In this document: positions 18,537 through 28,231 of the stretch, piece by piece
Layout of the letters: every line of letters starts with the position of its first letter
How positions within the stretch are numbered: the stretch's first letter is position 1
Program-made: the position numbers and the translations under genes
IMG/VR virus record: IMGVR_UViG_3300046048_000257
Coordinates: 1 to 64,000 of that record
Source: a virus
Direction: 5' to 3' (one strand)
DNA length: 64,000 bases
The notes under the pieces: model-generated
Seen by the model: the letters and a program-made list of their open reading frames with translations, nothing else
Database searches by the model: none
Told to the model about the DNA's origin: nothing

Positions 18537-19490
18537 ATGGCTATACAGATATATAGTGAGTCTGGAGTAAAGCCAGAAAAAATAATTTTTGTAAGTGATA
18601 TGCACATAAGCAGTGAGCAGCCAATAGGCCGCATAGATGATGCTCCGGCCACGTGCGTAAAAAAGTTTAAATGGATTTTGAGGGCTGCCATACAGCATAA
18701 TGCGGTAATAGTGCAGGCCGGTGACTTGTTTAATAGCTCACGGGACTGGGAGGCACTTAACGCTATAACCATGGCACTGCGGGAGCATGCAGTGCCATTT
18801 TTTTGTGTGTACGGCCAGCATGATATGTATATGCGCAGCAAAAAGGCCCGGCCATACACGTGCATGGGCCAGCTGGCCGCAGCCGGGCTGGTGAATATAC
18901 TGGGCTCAGTACCATTATTACTGGAGGGCTGGGCTATATATGGCGCCAGTTACGGTGATGCTGTGCCCACACCTGCTCCGGGTGATTACCGTAATATACT
19001 GGTGCGGCATGCCCCTGTGCACACTCAGGCACTTTTTGATGGCCATGAGTATATAGATGCAGTGGGCACATTAAAACGGCTAAAGGATTACACCATAATC
19101 CACTGTGGTGATATACACCGCAGCTTTCATATCACAGAGGGGGCACGTGCGATATTTAACACGGGCCCTTTTTTTAGGCGGGATGCCACGGAGTATAATT
19201 TTAAGGTGCATGTGCCCAGTTTTGTGGTGCTGGATATTGCAGGTGATAATAATGGGCAGCTGCACTGGTATGAGGCCCCATGTGAGCCCGCAGATAAGGT
19301 GCTGAGCCGTGAGCACATAGATGAGGTACAGGCCCGCAAAATATTGAGTGAGTTTATTGAGGCTATACACGTGCACGGTCCGCTGGTTAACGTGAGTATA
19401 GTGGACCGGGTAAAAAAGGCGCTGGAAAGCCCGGAGGTGCCCGCCAAGGTAAAGGCACTCATGGAGGAGGTTATGGGGCATGTGGGCTAA
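18537..19490 (+). CDS. sbcD: SbcD/Mre11-like metallophosphoesterase nuclease
   Basis: SDMH, AGDLF, GQHD, CGDIH and NTG motifs. Confidence 0.88.
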   Translation: MAIQIYSESGVKPEKIIFVSDMHISSEQPIGRIDDAPATCVKKFKWILRAAIQHNAVIVQAGDLFNSSRDWEALNAITMALREHAVPFFCVYGQHDMYMRSKKARPYTCMGQLAAAGLVNILGSVPLLLEGWAIYGASYGDAVPTPAPGDYRNILVRHAPVHTQALFDGHEYIDAVGTLKRLKDYTIIHCGDIHRSFHITEGARAIFNTGPFFRRDATEYNFKVHVPSFVVLDIAGDNNGQLHWYEAPCEPADKVLSREHIDEVQARKILSEFIEAIHVHGPLVNVSIVDRVKKALESPEVPAKVKALMEEVMGHVG

Positions 19491-19869
19491 TGTGCTAACA
19501 AAGGAGTGGGACCCGGATTTTATAGGATACCTGCTGGAATGGCTGGGCTATGATGGTGTGGCGTTTTTTCAGATGTGTATGGATGCTTATAATACTGTGA
19601 GTCCAATATGGCAGGAGGGTAAGCCGGATAAGCCTTATACCATGCGGGCTCCACACCCTGTGCATTTTAGGGAGGGCGTACAGGTGCGTAATGCCATGCG
19701 CCGTATTCACAAAAAAATGGGGCTGGGCGTGTATGGTGGGCGCCACTTCTATGATGATAACTGGCAGAGTGCGGTACAGGCCGCCTTAAAAATGTGTGAG
19801 GAGGGTTACACTGATGAGCACAGAGCAGTTACAGCAGGTAAAGCAGAGGCTGGACCAGCTGAGGACTAA
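19480..19869 (+). CDS. hypothetical phage protein
   Basis: GGAGG RBS; HPVHFREG.QVRN motif. Confidence 0.5.
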   Translation: MWANVLTKEWDPDFIGYLLEWLGYDGVAFFQMCMDAYNTVSPIWQEGKPDKPYTMRAPHPVHFREGVQVRNAMRRIHKKMGLGVYGGRHFYDDNWQSAVQAALKMCEEGYTDEHRAVTAGKAEAGPAED

Positions 19870-20173
19870 CCTGAGTGCGGCCATGATGCGCCGGGATGAG
19901 GTGGTGGCTGCGCTCCAGAAAAATTACGGTTTTAACACGGCTAAGGATGCAGAGGTGGAGCAGAAAAAATTACGGGATGAAACTATACCGACCATGGAAA
20001 AAAAGCGGGATGGTTTCATAGCCAAGGCACAGGAGGTGATTAATGGGCTCAATACGCAAGCTGTACCCGGAGGAAATAGCAGAGCGGCAGAACAGACTGG
20101 ACTTAGTGGAGGAGCCGACCCCGGAGGATTACCGCAAGGCCGCACCGTGGTGGGGCGCAAGCGGCGTATTTGA
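19796..20173 (+). CDS. coiled-coil protein (true start probably about 19814)
   Basis: Heptad pattern. Confidence 0.5.
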   Translation: MRRVTLMSTEQLQQVKQRLDQLRTNLSAAMMRRDEVVAALQKNYGFNTAKDAEVEQKKLRDETIPTMEKKRDGFIAKAQEVINGLNTQAVPGGNSRAAEQTGLSGGADPGGLPQGRTVVGRKRRI

Positions 20174-20275
20174 GGGGTATAAAAAGCATTTTTTTGATAC
20201 CCGGCGTGAGGCCTTTTTATCCGGGCTGGGTATAGGTGCGTTGCTGGGCTCTGCACTGATAATGGTAATAATGCT

Positions 20276-20689
20276 ATGGATGAGCGCATGAAATTTTACC
20301 GCTATGAGGATGTGCAGTACACGGATGGCCCCCGTATCCATGAGCTGGTGCTGTATCTGGTGCGGGAAACGCCCTGCGGATACTGGATAAGTCCACGGCG
20401 CCATTATAATGAGGCCGATGAGGATAAGTGGTTTTTTTATTATGGTGACCGTAAACGCTGGGTGAGTAAAACCACCCGTAAGCGGTATGCGTATCCTACC
20501 AAGGCAGAGGCTATGGCTAATTTTAAGGCCCGTAAGCGGCGCCAGATAGATATACTGGAGTACCGCCTTAACCGGGCTAAAAAAGCCCTCCAGAGCGTTT
20601 GTGAGGGCCCTGAGGAGCTAAAACAGATGGCACTATGGCTGGAGGGCACAAAGCAGACCCTGCCACTGGGGCTGAGCATGGAGTGGTGA
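20276..20689 (+). CDS. hypothetical phage protein
   Basis: ETPCGYWI...KRWVSK...YAYPTK.EA..NF..RK, a pattern recurrent in phage proteins. Confidence 0.6.
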   Translation: MDERMKFYRYEDVQYTDGPRIHELVLYLVRETPCGYWISPRRHYNEADEDKWFFYYGDRKRWVSKTTRKRYAYPTKAEAMANFKARKRRQIDILEYRLNRAKKALQSVCEGPEELKQMALWLEGTKQTLPLGLSMEW

Positions 20690-20690
20690 T

Positions 20691-21074
20691 ATGATAGTGC
20701 TTACGCAGCTGGATAGGGACTTTTTAGAGTTTCATCACAATAACCCCAAAATATTTAAGCTGTATTTACAGTTTGCACGTAAGGCCATAGCCCGTGGGCA
20801 CACCCGGTACAGCGTGTGGGGGCTCATGCAGATTATTAGGTGGCATGTGGATATAGTAACTGAGGATATAACAGGCTATAAGCTGCGTAATGATTATGCA
20901 GCTCTGTATGCCCGGCTGATAGTGCTAAAACACCCTTATGAGTTTAAGGACTTTTTTAAGTTTAAGGCTATGAAAAACTCCAATTTAGGGCCGTACTGGG
21001 AGCAGCTGATAAAGGCTAAATACAGGAGGAGGGCGGAAAATGAGCGAACTGGCGCAAGTAAGGCAGCAGTATAA
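20691..21074 (+). CDS. hypothetical phage protein
   Basis: F..FH..NP.....RW......YKL.ND..A.YAR, a pattern recurrent in phage proteins. Confidence 0.6.
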   Translation: MIVLTQLDRDFLEFHHNNPKIFKLYLQFARKAIARGHTRYSVWGLMQIIRWHVDIVTEDITGYKLRNDYAALYARLIVLKHPYEFKDFFKFKAMKNSNLGPYWEQLIKAKYRRRAENERTGASKAAV

Positions 21075-21702
21075 TAAGCTGGCAGCTGATTACCGGGCAG
21101 CAGCGGCTGTGCTGGAAAACAGTAAAGCGCAGCTGGAGGAGGCTAAGGATGTGGGCACAGCCCTGAGTGCTACTGCCCTGCTGCTTAAAAAAATAATCCG
21201 TGAGGTGCAGGGTGAGTTTAAGGGTGAGGTGGATAAGGTGGTGACCATGGCCGTGCGCACCTTATTTGATGAAAATTATAAGTTTGATCTTGAAATAAAA
21301 ACCGGAGGCCAAGGCCTCCAGTGCAGGCCGGTGATATGGGAGCATATAGAGGGGCAGTGGCGTGAGTTTAGCCCTAAGGATGATATGGGTGGCTCAATAC
21401 TGGACCCCATAGCTCTGGCGCTGCGGACCGTATTACAGCAGTATGACCCTGAGCCCACACGGGCCTCCATGTGGTTAGATGAGCCCATGAAAAACGTGGG
21501 TAAGGGTGAGCTGCTGTTGCGGGCGGGCCAGCTCATTACGGAGGTGAGCCATGGCCTAAATATTCAGATGATAATAATAACCCATGAGCCGGAACTGGCT
21601 GAGATTGCAGACCGGGCATGGCGTGTGGTGCGACAAAAAACGGGGCGGAGCGCAGCCACTGTAATTAAAGGAGGTGCCCAAAAACGTAAAATAATACAGT
21701 GA
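21040..21702 (+). CDS. sbcC: SbcC/Rad50-like ATPase, C-terminal half
   Basis: Coiled coil, signature-like MGGS, Walker B WLDEP, H-loop IITHE, ADRAWRV. Confidence 0.85.
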   Translation: MSELAQVRQQYNKLAADYRAAAAVLENSKAQLEEAKDVGTALSATALLLKKIIREVQGEFKGEVDKVVTMAVRTLFDENYKFDLEIKTGGQGLQCRPVIWEHIEGQWREFSPKDDMGGSILDPIALALRTVLQQYDPEPTRASMWLDEPMKNVGKGELLLRAGQLITEVSHGLNIQMIIITHEPELAEIADRAWRVVRQKTGRSAATVIKGGAQKRKIIQ

Positions 21703-22061
21703 GGTGCGCCGTGGGCAGATACCGGGATGATTTAAGTGAGCGGCAGATACGCTTTGACCTGCTAAATGGCATGACCATGCGGCAGGCTGCTGCAAAATAC
21801 GGATGCAGTTATAGTCTGATTAAAAAAATTAAGGATGATAGGCGCAATATAAGCACAAAGCAGGAGCAGGTACCGCCTGAGCAGCTGTGTGAGTGTTGCA
21901 GGATACGGCCTAAGGCAGAGGGCCTGCGTTTTTTATGTTACGTGTGTTTTAAGGGTGTGGATGAGGATGGCATGCCTGTGGATAATGATGATGGCACTGA
22001 GCATGTTAACCACCACCCGCTGCCTGAGTGCAGCTGGGATGATGTATTTTATGGCAGGTAG
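21699..22061 (+). CDS. HTH + Zn-finger protein
   Basis: GMTMRQAAAKYGCSYSLIKKI HTH; CECC...CYVC. Confidence 0.6.
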   Translation: MRCAVGRYRDDLSERQIRFDLLNGMTMRQAAAKYGCSYSLIKKIKDDRRNISTKQEQVPPEQLCECCRIRPKAEGLRFLCYVCFKGVDEDGMPVDNDDGTEHVNHHPLPECSWDDVFYGR

Positions 22062-22108
22062 TGATTTTATCGGAGGCAACCAAAAGGAGGGGGTAAGGAT
22101 TATGGAGC

Positions 22109-22303
22109 GTGAGCTGGCCGGATATAAACGCTATGCTGCAAAAGGCCCGCAAGATACTAAAGGACCACCCTGATGCCATGGTACTTATGGATATTAGGGT
22201 GTATGATGCAGTGGGCCCACAGCCTGAGCACTGGGATATGGTGGCAGATGAGGAGCATGGTGATAGCCGCCTGCGCATAGGTATTACTAATAGAAACCCC
22301 TAA
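22109..22303 (+). CDS. hypothetical protein (paralog of 61431..61658)
   Basis: DIRVYD...PQ.E.W...D..G..RL.IG. Confidence 0.5.
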   Translation: MSWPDINAMLQKARKILKDHPDAMVLMDIRVYDAVGPQPEHWDMVADEEHGDSRLRIGITNRNP

Positions 22304-22318
22304 CTTAAGGAGGTAAAA

Positions 22319-22699
22319 ATGGCAGAGGATGAAAAAGTGACCGTAACTAAGGATGATGTGGCCACGATAGATGCCAGCAAGCTGGCCAGCAGTGGCAGTG
22401 CGCCAGATGAGGCGGAGGGTGCTGAGCCTTACCTGCCCACGGACCATAAGTATGAGCTGGCGGACCTAAAAGGACTGGCCACCAGCAGACCTGCGCTGGT
22501 AAAGATAGGCACTAAGGAGCCCATAGAGGACTGGCTGATATTTAGGGCGCAGGATAAGGCCGTGGTGCCCATGTTGCGGCAGTATTTTAAGATATGCAGC
22601 AAGCTGGGCAGCCCTCCAGAGCATTTAGAGGGTATAAAGATGCTGATTAACCGTGTTATAGCATATCAGGAGCACAAAGGCAGCAAGGTACCGGATTAA
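22319..22699 (+). CDS. hypothetical phage protein
   Basis: AAGGAGGT RBS; FRAQDKA...L..Y...C motif; ends KVPD. Confidence 0.6.
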   Translation: MAEDEKVTVTKDDVATIDASKLASSGSAPDEAEGAEPYLPTDHKYELADLKGLATSRPALVKIGTKEPIEDWLIFRAQDKAVVPMLRQYFKICSKLGSPPEHLEGIKMLINRVIAYQEHKGSKVPD

Positions 22700-22710
22700 A
22701 GGAGGCAGTT

Positions 22711-22908
22711 ATGTGCGTGCAGGACCAGATAGAAATACTGGCCTCTGAAATTAATAAACTGAGCAAGCGCCTGCATACTGTGGAGGCTGTACTGGTGAAA
22801 TGGCTGGAGCGGGAGCTGTTTAGTGATGAGATAGATGACCACACCAGCGTATGGGGTGGCGCCGGACCGGATTGCATAACCGTGCGGCGGGAGGCCGCTT
22901 ATTTGTAA
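22711..22908 (+). CDS. hypothetical protein
   Basis: AAGGAGG RBS. Confidence 0.45.
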   Translation: MCVQDQIEILASEINKLSKRLHTVEAVLVKWLERELFSDEIDDHTSVWGGAGPDCITVRREAAYL

Positions 22909-22967
22909 AGCACATACCACAGTGCAGCGCCGTGACCAGCAGGGTACACGGCGGGTATGTGTGTACT

Positions 22968-23003
22968 GGGCTCAGTGGTGGATGGCCACTGAGCCCTTTT
23001 TTT
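22968..23003 (+). terminator. intrinsic terminator ending the replication arm
   Basis: GGGCTCAGTGG-7nt-CCACTGAGCCC-TTTTTTT. Confidence 0.85.
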
Positions 23004-23068
23004 ATTGATTTACACAGCTTGTGGCTGTAACATGATAGGACCACAATATATAGCTAAGGAGGTGGGGT

Positions 23069-23494
23069 ATGCCGGATTTAATAAAAAAGCTGAGTAATTT
23101 ACCTAATTTAATGTATGCAATAGTAGGCGCCGTGATTGTGCTGGGCTCAATAGCAGGAGGCGCCTTTTTTATGGAGGACCGGTACGCTAATGCTGAGCAG
23201 ACGGTAAAAAGCATGATTATGTTACAGCAGAGCGTGGAAAAGACTAACGTAAAAATAGATATGCACGCTATGCAGCAAAGGATAGATGCCCTCCAGCAGC
23301 AGATATGGAAAATGGAGGACCGGTATAACACCACAGACCCCATGGCCATGCCCACAGATGACCGGGCCCGGTATAGAGCGCTGCAAAAGGCAAAAGCAGA
23401 TGTGGAGTACCAGCTGCGTACAGCAGAGGCGAATTTAGCGCCCTCAGCGCCCTCAGCGCCCAGTACGCCACGGACAATAGATGGAGGAAACTGA
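23069..23494 (+). CDS. single-TM coiled-coil membrane protein
   Basis: LMYAIVGAVIVLGSIAGGAFF followed by a coiled coil; strong RBS. Confidence 0.6.
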   Translation: MPDLIKKLSNLPNLMYAIVGAVIVLGSIAGGAFFMEDRYANAEQTVKSMIMLQQSVEKTNVKIDMHAMQQRIDALQQQIWKMEDRYNTTDPMAMPTDDRARYRALQKAKADVEYQLRTAEANLAPSAPSAPSTPRTIDGGN

Positions 23495-23802
23495 TGAGGC
23501 TGTTAGTGGATATGCCAGATGGCCTGATAAACCATGAGGGGCCCTGCGTGCCTGTGGATGAGTTAAGGAGGGCACTGTGCAGCTATGTAGCCAAAAGCGG
23601 TAACGTGGTGGTGCTTATCAGGGACCCCGGTGAGCGCCGCTGTGGTAGGGAGCGCCGCCAGTTTAGCTACACAGCGCACCTGCCTGAGCGGCGTAATGGT
23701 GATGATAGGAGGGGCGCCACCATACGTGAAAATGGAGGCGGGAACCCGCAGCGCTGCCCCCAGCCGGAGGAGGGGGGTACTTATGAGGATGCCAGCCCAT
23801 GA
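23494..23802 (+). CDS. small protein with four (D/E)RR repeats
   Basis: GERRCGRERRQFSYTAHLPERRNGDDRR. Confidence 0.55.
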   Translation: MRLLVDMPDGLINHEGPCVPVDELRRALCSYVAKSGNVVVLIRDPGERRCGRERRQFSYTAHLPERRNGDDRRGATIRENGGGNPQRCPQPEEGGTYEDASP

Positions 23803-24518
23803 CAAAGCAAAAGCAAAAACGCCAGCTGGTGGGCCCACTAACCCACCCACCTGCCCAAAAGTATAACCCTAAAAAGCCATGCGGGGCCCGTACACGGTCC
23901 GGTGAGCCCTGCACCCGCCCTGCCCTACCGGGTAAAAACCGCTGTAAATTACATGGAGGCATGAGTACAGGAGCGCCGGGTAATGAAAATGGAAAAATAG
24001 GCCGCCTGTACGGTGTGGGCTTTACTCCAGCTGAGGAGGTATTTTTAATAGAGGCTGATAAGTATAAGGGCACACTGGAGGGTGAGCTGGAGGTGCTGCG
24101 GGTGGCCCTGTACCGGGCACAGATATGCCAAAAAATATGGCTGGAGCATAAGGGCATACTGGCCAAAATGGATGATGCTGCCCCTATGGAGGATTACATG
24201 AGGCAGCACGGCCTGTGGGATGATATTGTGCTGCACACTGAAACTGGTGAGGCATGGAGTAAGGAGCATGATATGCCCATAGATATTAACAAAAAGCGTG
24301 TGGAGCGCAGGCAGCGGGATTACTCAAAGGAAATAAAAGAGATAACTGAGAAAATACGCAGGCTGGAGGAAACACAGCAGAAACTGATACAGGAGCGGCA
24401 GGACCCGGATAAAGTTAGCAAAATAGCAGAGGACTTACAGGTATTTTATGCTAATGCGGCGCAGCTGATGCCGGGGGGTACTATGGATGAGGAGGCACCA
24501 GATGAGCTGGATGAGTGA
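23799..24518 (+). CDS. HGGxSTG-domain protein, probable terminase small subunit
   Basis: CGARTRSGEPC...RCKLHGGMSTGAP; helical C-terminus; upstream of TerL. Confidence 0.7.
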   Translation: MTKQKQKRQLVGPLTHPPAQKYNPKKPCGARTRSGEPCTRPALPGKNRCKLHGGMSTGAPGNENGKIGRLYGVGFTPAEEVFLIEADKYKGTLEGELEVLRVALYRAQICQKIWLEHKGILAKMDDAAPMEDYMRQHGLWDDIVLHTETGEAWSKEHDMPIDINKKRVERRQRDYSKEIKEITEKIRRLEETQQKLIQERQDPDKVSKIAEDLQVFYANAAQLMPGGTMDEEAPDELDE

Positions 24519-24643
24519 CTTAATAAATGAGCTGATAATGGCCAGCCTGTGGTATTACGGGATAGCTCTGGTGGCTGTATGTGCTATGGCCTATGGGCTC
24601 ACTGTTATATACCATAAAATTATAGATAAATTCACACAGGAGG

Positions 24644-25222
24644 GTGATGATGGCACACGGGCAAAAAACCAGATGGCTAAAAGGCATTAGGCCGGGCTGG
24701 CGGACCGCATGGCAGGTGGTAGTGGACCCCGGTGACCCGCAAAATACAGGGGAGCGGCTGGCAGAGCGGTACACATGGCAGGAGGGTAAATATGAGCTAT
24801 TTGCTAAGGAGGTGGCCGGAGTAGGTGCCTGCGTTATTACCTTTGACTTTAAAGGGGTACCTAAGCATGCTGGAGGCGGAGGCCATGACCTGCATGTGAG
24901 CTGCTATGGCTATTACAGTGGTAACCATGCTGCGCCTCAGGCCCCTAAGTTTCAGATTTATGATTATGTGGGCACAGACTGGGAGGATATTACGGGTATG
25001 GTATTCCAGACCGGCCAAAGCGGCTATGAGCGGCTGGAGGGCCGGGTGCCTTATGATGCAAAATACTGGGGCACAGGTAATAATGTGCGGATACGGATAC
25101 TGCACCCGGTGATAGGGGGTAACCCGCTGCATGAGTTTCACATTAACCATGTAGGACTGGGCACATATGGTACCACCAGCACCACCTCCACCACGACCAG
25201 CACTACGACCACTGCACCTTAA
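24644..25222 (+). CDS. beta-rich, probably virion protein with C-terminal Thr/Ser tail
   Basis: Ends GTTSTTSTTTSTTTTAP. Confidence 0.6.
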   Translation: MMMAHGQKTRWLKGIRPGWRTAWQVVVDPGDPQNTGERLAERYTWQEGKYELFAKEVAGVGACVITFDFKGVPKHAGGGGHDLHVSCYGYYSGNHAAPQAPKFQIYDYVGTDWEDITGMVFQTGQSGYERLEGRVPYDAKYWGTGNNVRIRILHPVIGGNPLHEFHINHVGLGTYGTTSTTSTTTSTTTTAP

Positions 25223-25233
25223 GGAGGCCACTA

Positions 25234-25497
25234 ATGCCGGATGCCAAGGGCACCCCACGTGAGGTGCAGAGCCATAACCGTAAAGTGCGCTATCAGGCCC
25301 GTAAGGAGGTAGAGGATATGCTTACCAAAAAGTATGGAGGTGGTAAGGCAGCCCGTGAGCGGGCCCGCCAGTTTATGGAGGGTAAGCATGTGCATAAAAC
25401 AGATAGCGGGCGCCTTATACTTACCAGCCCTGAGGAGCATGGCAAAAAACATGGCCGTGGTAACCGGGGTAAACCAAAGGCGTACAGGAGGACTTAA
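25234..25497 (+). CDS. small basic His-rich protein (possibly degenerate HNH-like)
   Basis: AAGGAGG RBS; GKHVH...H..H. Confidence 0.45.
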   Translation: MPDAKGTPREVQSHNRKVRYQARKEVEDMLTKKYGGGKAARERARQFMEGKHVHKTDSGRLILTSPEEHGKKHGRGNRGKPKAYRRT

Positions 25498-25694
25498 TGC
25501 CTAAGTTTTGCACGGAGTATTATGTGGGCCCCATGTTATACGGTGATTATGTGGAGGCGCCGGACTGGGATGCTGCACAGGCCATATGTGATGAGCGCCG
25601 GGCTCACTGTAAGGAGCGTGTGGTGGGTAAGCTGGTGGGCGCCATAGAGGTGGATGATATAACTATGATACAGCTGGGGGCTATTTTAAACTGA
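25497..25694 (+). CDS. hypothetical protein
   Basis: Coupled to both neighbours by overlapping stop/start codons. Confidence 0.45.
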   Translation: MPKFCTEYYVGPMLYGDYVEAPDWDAAQAICDERRAHCKERVVGKLVGAIEVDDITMIQLGAILN

Positions 25695-27124
25695 TGCCTG
25701 TACTTAAGCCATACAGCCTGCCTCCAGCAGGCACATTAACCCGCAGATGGCACCCTATGTTTGACCACCCGGAGCAGATACGACTGGTACGCAGCCGGGC
25801 CCGCTTTAACGTGGTGCCTGCTGGGCGCCGCAGTGGCAAAACGGAAATAATTGGAAAGCGTAAGCTGGTGCTCAAAGCCCTTAATGCACACAGAGCGGAC
25901 CTGCCCCAGTTTCATATCCCATACCCGGACCCCCGGCTATTTGTGGCTGCCCCTACCCGTGACCAAGTAAAACGCATATACTGGAACGATTTAAAGCTAT
26001 TGATACCACCCCGGTTTATTGTGGGCAGGCCTAATGAAAGCCAGCTGATGATACAGCTGATTAACGGAGCTGAAATATGGTGTTTAGGGATGGATAAGCC
26101 GGAGCGTGCTGAGGGTGTGGCGTGGGATTACGGTGTGCTGGATGAGTATGGCAACATGAAAAAGGAAACGTGGCCAGAGCACATACGGGCTGCGCTCAGC
26201 GATAGGCGGGGCTCATGTGATTTTATAGGGGTGCCTGAGGGCCGTAACCACTATTATGACTTGTATAAGGATGCACAGGCCAGAGCTGTGTGGGCCCGTA
26301 AAAAGGGCACGCAGACCACATGGGATACTTTTCACTGGATAAGCGCAGATATTCTGGACCCGGAGGAAATAGAGGAGGCAAAGCGTGATTTAGATGAGCT
26401 GACTTACCAGCAGGAGTATGAGGCCAGCTTTATCAATTTTACCGGGCGGGCGTACTGGGCATTTATGGAGCAGTGGCACTGTGCCCCGTTGCAATATAAT
26501 CCAAAGGGTGATTTAGCCTTTTGTTTTGACTTTAACGTGGACCCCGGTGTGGCTGTGGTGGTGCAGGAGCAGCTACTGCCACAGCGTTTACGTGGAGCGG
26601 ACCAGCTGGAGGTAGGTGATGGTATTATAGGTGAGGTATTTATACCACGGGCGAGTAACACCGTAAGGGTGTGCGATAAACTGATACAGGACTGGGGTGA
26701 GCACAGGGGGCGTATTATTTTATACGGTGATTTTACTGGGGGCGCCAGAGGCTCTGCTGCTGTGCTGGGCAGTGACTGGCAGCTGGTAAAGCAGAAAATG
26801 TGGGCCCATTTTAATAAGTCTGGTGAGGACCGGGTGGCCACACGGGTAAAGCCTAATCCACGGGAACGTGACCGGATAAACAGTGTTAACAGCAGGCTGC
26901 TCAGTATTGATAAGCATATACGCTGTATGGTGGACCCCTCCAGAGCCCCTAAAACGGTGCGTGATTTTGAGGGGGTGGCCTTAGTGGAGGGGGGCAGTGG
27001 TGAAATTGATAAAACCACCAGCCCGGAGCTAACCCATTTAACTGATGCCTATGGATATAGAACATGGGTGGAGTATCCGGTAAAAAAGGAGTATGGGCCC
27101 AGCAGGCAGACTCACTGGAAATGA
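25694..27124 (+). CDS. terL: terminase large subunit
   Basis: Walker A AGRRSGKT, APTRDQ, Walker B VLDEYG, QEYEASF, nuclease FDFNVDP and HLTDAYGY. Confidence 0.93.
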   Translation: MPVLKPYSLPPAGTLTRRWHPMFDHPEQIRLVRSRARFNVVPAGRRSGKTEIIGKRKLVLKALNAHRADLPQFHIPYPDPRLFVAAPTRDQVKRIYWNDLKLLIPPRFIVGRPNESQLMIQLINGAEIWCLGMDKPERAEGVAWDYGVLDEYGNMKKETWPEHIRAALSDRRGSCDFIGVPEGRNHYYDLYKDAQARAVWARKKGTQTTWDTFHWISADILDPEEIEEAKRDLDELTYQQEYEASFINFTGRAYWAFMEQWHCAPLQYNPKGDLAFCFDFNVDPGVAVVVQEQLLPQRLRGADQLEVGDGIIGEVFIPRASNTVRVCDKLIQDWGEHRGRIILYGDFTGGARGSAAVLGSDWQLVKQKMWAHFNKSGEDRVATRVKPNPRERDRINSVNSRLLSIDKHIRCMVDPSRAPKTVRDFEGVALVEGGSGEIDKTTSPELTHLTDAYGYRTWVEYPVKKEYGPSRQTHWK

Positions 27125-27579
27125 TAAAGGGGGGTGCGGTGGAGTGTAACACGGGGCATGTGCTCATTACAGCAGAGCGCAGGCCTCCGGGGGTAAAGCC
27201 AAAATGTGGGGTGTGTAGGGATTATATAGCTGCGGATACCCCATGTATCAAGATACGGGCACAGTACACGGAGGCCAGTACATTTTATTTACACGTACAG
27301 TGCGCTGGAGGGGTGCTGTTTAACCTTATGCGGGCCTATAACTATTCACACAATGGGCTCAGCAAGGGTAAAGGCGGCGCAGGGCGTACTTTTGGAGCGC
27401 TGCTGGACACGGCGCCTCCGGCCATAGAGGGTTTTGCGGTGTGTAAGCGGGCAGATGGCCTCCATGTGGAGCTGAAAAAGCGCCGGGGCAGGCCTCCGGG
27501 CGCAAAAAACCGATTTAAAAAGCCCAAAAAGCGGGGGCCGGGCAGGCCTAAGGGCAGTAAGAATAAACCAAAGCGGTAA
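27064..27579 (+). CDS. Zn-finger + two AT-hook DNA-binding protein (true start probably 27121)
   Basis: CGVC...HVQC; KRRGRPPG and KRGPGRPKGSKNKPK. Confidence 0.65.
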   Translation: MGGVSGKKGVWAQQADSLEMIKGGAVECNTGHVLITAERRPPGVKPKCGVCRDYIAADTPCIKIRAQYTEASTFYLHVQCAGGVLFNLMRAYNYSHNGLSKGKGGAGRTFGALLDTAPPAIEGFAVCKRADGLHVELKKRRGRPPGAKNRFKKPKKRGPGRPKGSKNKPKR

Positions 27580-27589
27580 AGGAGGGCGT

Positions 27590-28231
27590 ATGGGTAAACT
27601 TAATGTGGGTGAGTGGAATAAAACCACACCCATAAGCGGCTATGTGATAGAAAACCACCGGGATGTGTGGGAGTCTAATGACCGGATAGACCGGCCTAAA
27701 TGCACACTTTTTGGCAGACCCGCCCAGCAGGCCTTTACGGCCTTTTTTGTGTGGGAGAAACTGCTGGGCCCACTGGAGTTTAAGCGTTTTGTGGAAGTGG
27801 GCACAGGCTTTGGTAACACCAGCGTGTTTTTTATGCTCCACTGTATCCAAAAAGGCGCCATGTTTGTTACCCATGAGCGGATGGCTAACCGCAGCACTAA
27901 CAGCAGCCCACTTAAGGAGCTGCTGGACCTAAAAAGCTGCTGTGTGGTGGGTGATGTGTATGGGCCCACTATCTCACAGGGTATCATGGAGCTGGTGGGC
28001 AGGCCGGGGCGCACCGTTATGTTTTTAGATGGCGGTGATAAGCCCCATGAGTTTAGCCTTTTTGTGCCTGCCCTAAAGGCCGGTGACATAGTGGCGGTCC
28101 ATGACTGGGGCCGGGCCATAAAGCGCCCATGGGTGGAGCATATCATAGAACTTAAGGGCCTCCAGCCGGTACTGGAGGAGGATAACATAAAACTTGAAAC
28201 CCTAACCCGGATGTGGGAGGTGACAAAATGA
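27590..28231 (+). CDS. class I SAM-dependent methyltransferase (Methyltransf_24/CmcI-like)
   Basis: FVEVGTGFG, FLDGG, GDIVAVHDW. Confidence 0.75.
   Translation: MGKLNVGEWNKTTPISGYVIENHRDVWESNDRIDRPKCTLFGRPAQQAFTAFFVWEKLLGPLEFKRFVEVGTGFGNTSVFFMLHCIQKGAMFVTHERMANRSTNSSPLKELLDLKSCCVVGDVYGPTISQGIMELVGRPGRTVMFLDGGDKPHEFSLFVPALKAGDIVAVHDWGRAIKRPWVEHIIELKGLQPVLEEDNIKLETLTRMWEVTK

Noticed and set aside
23436-23470. Short 9-bp tandem repeat (CAGCGCCCT)
   Set aside because: Encodes an APSAPSAPS linker; no further signal
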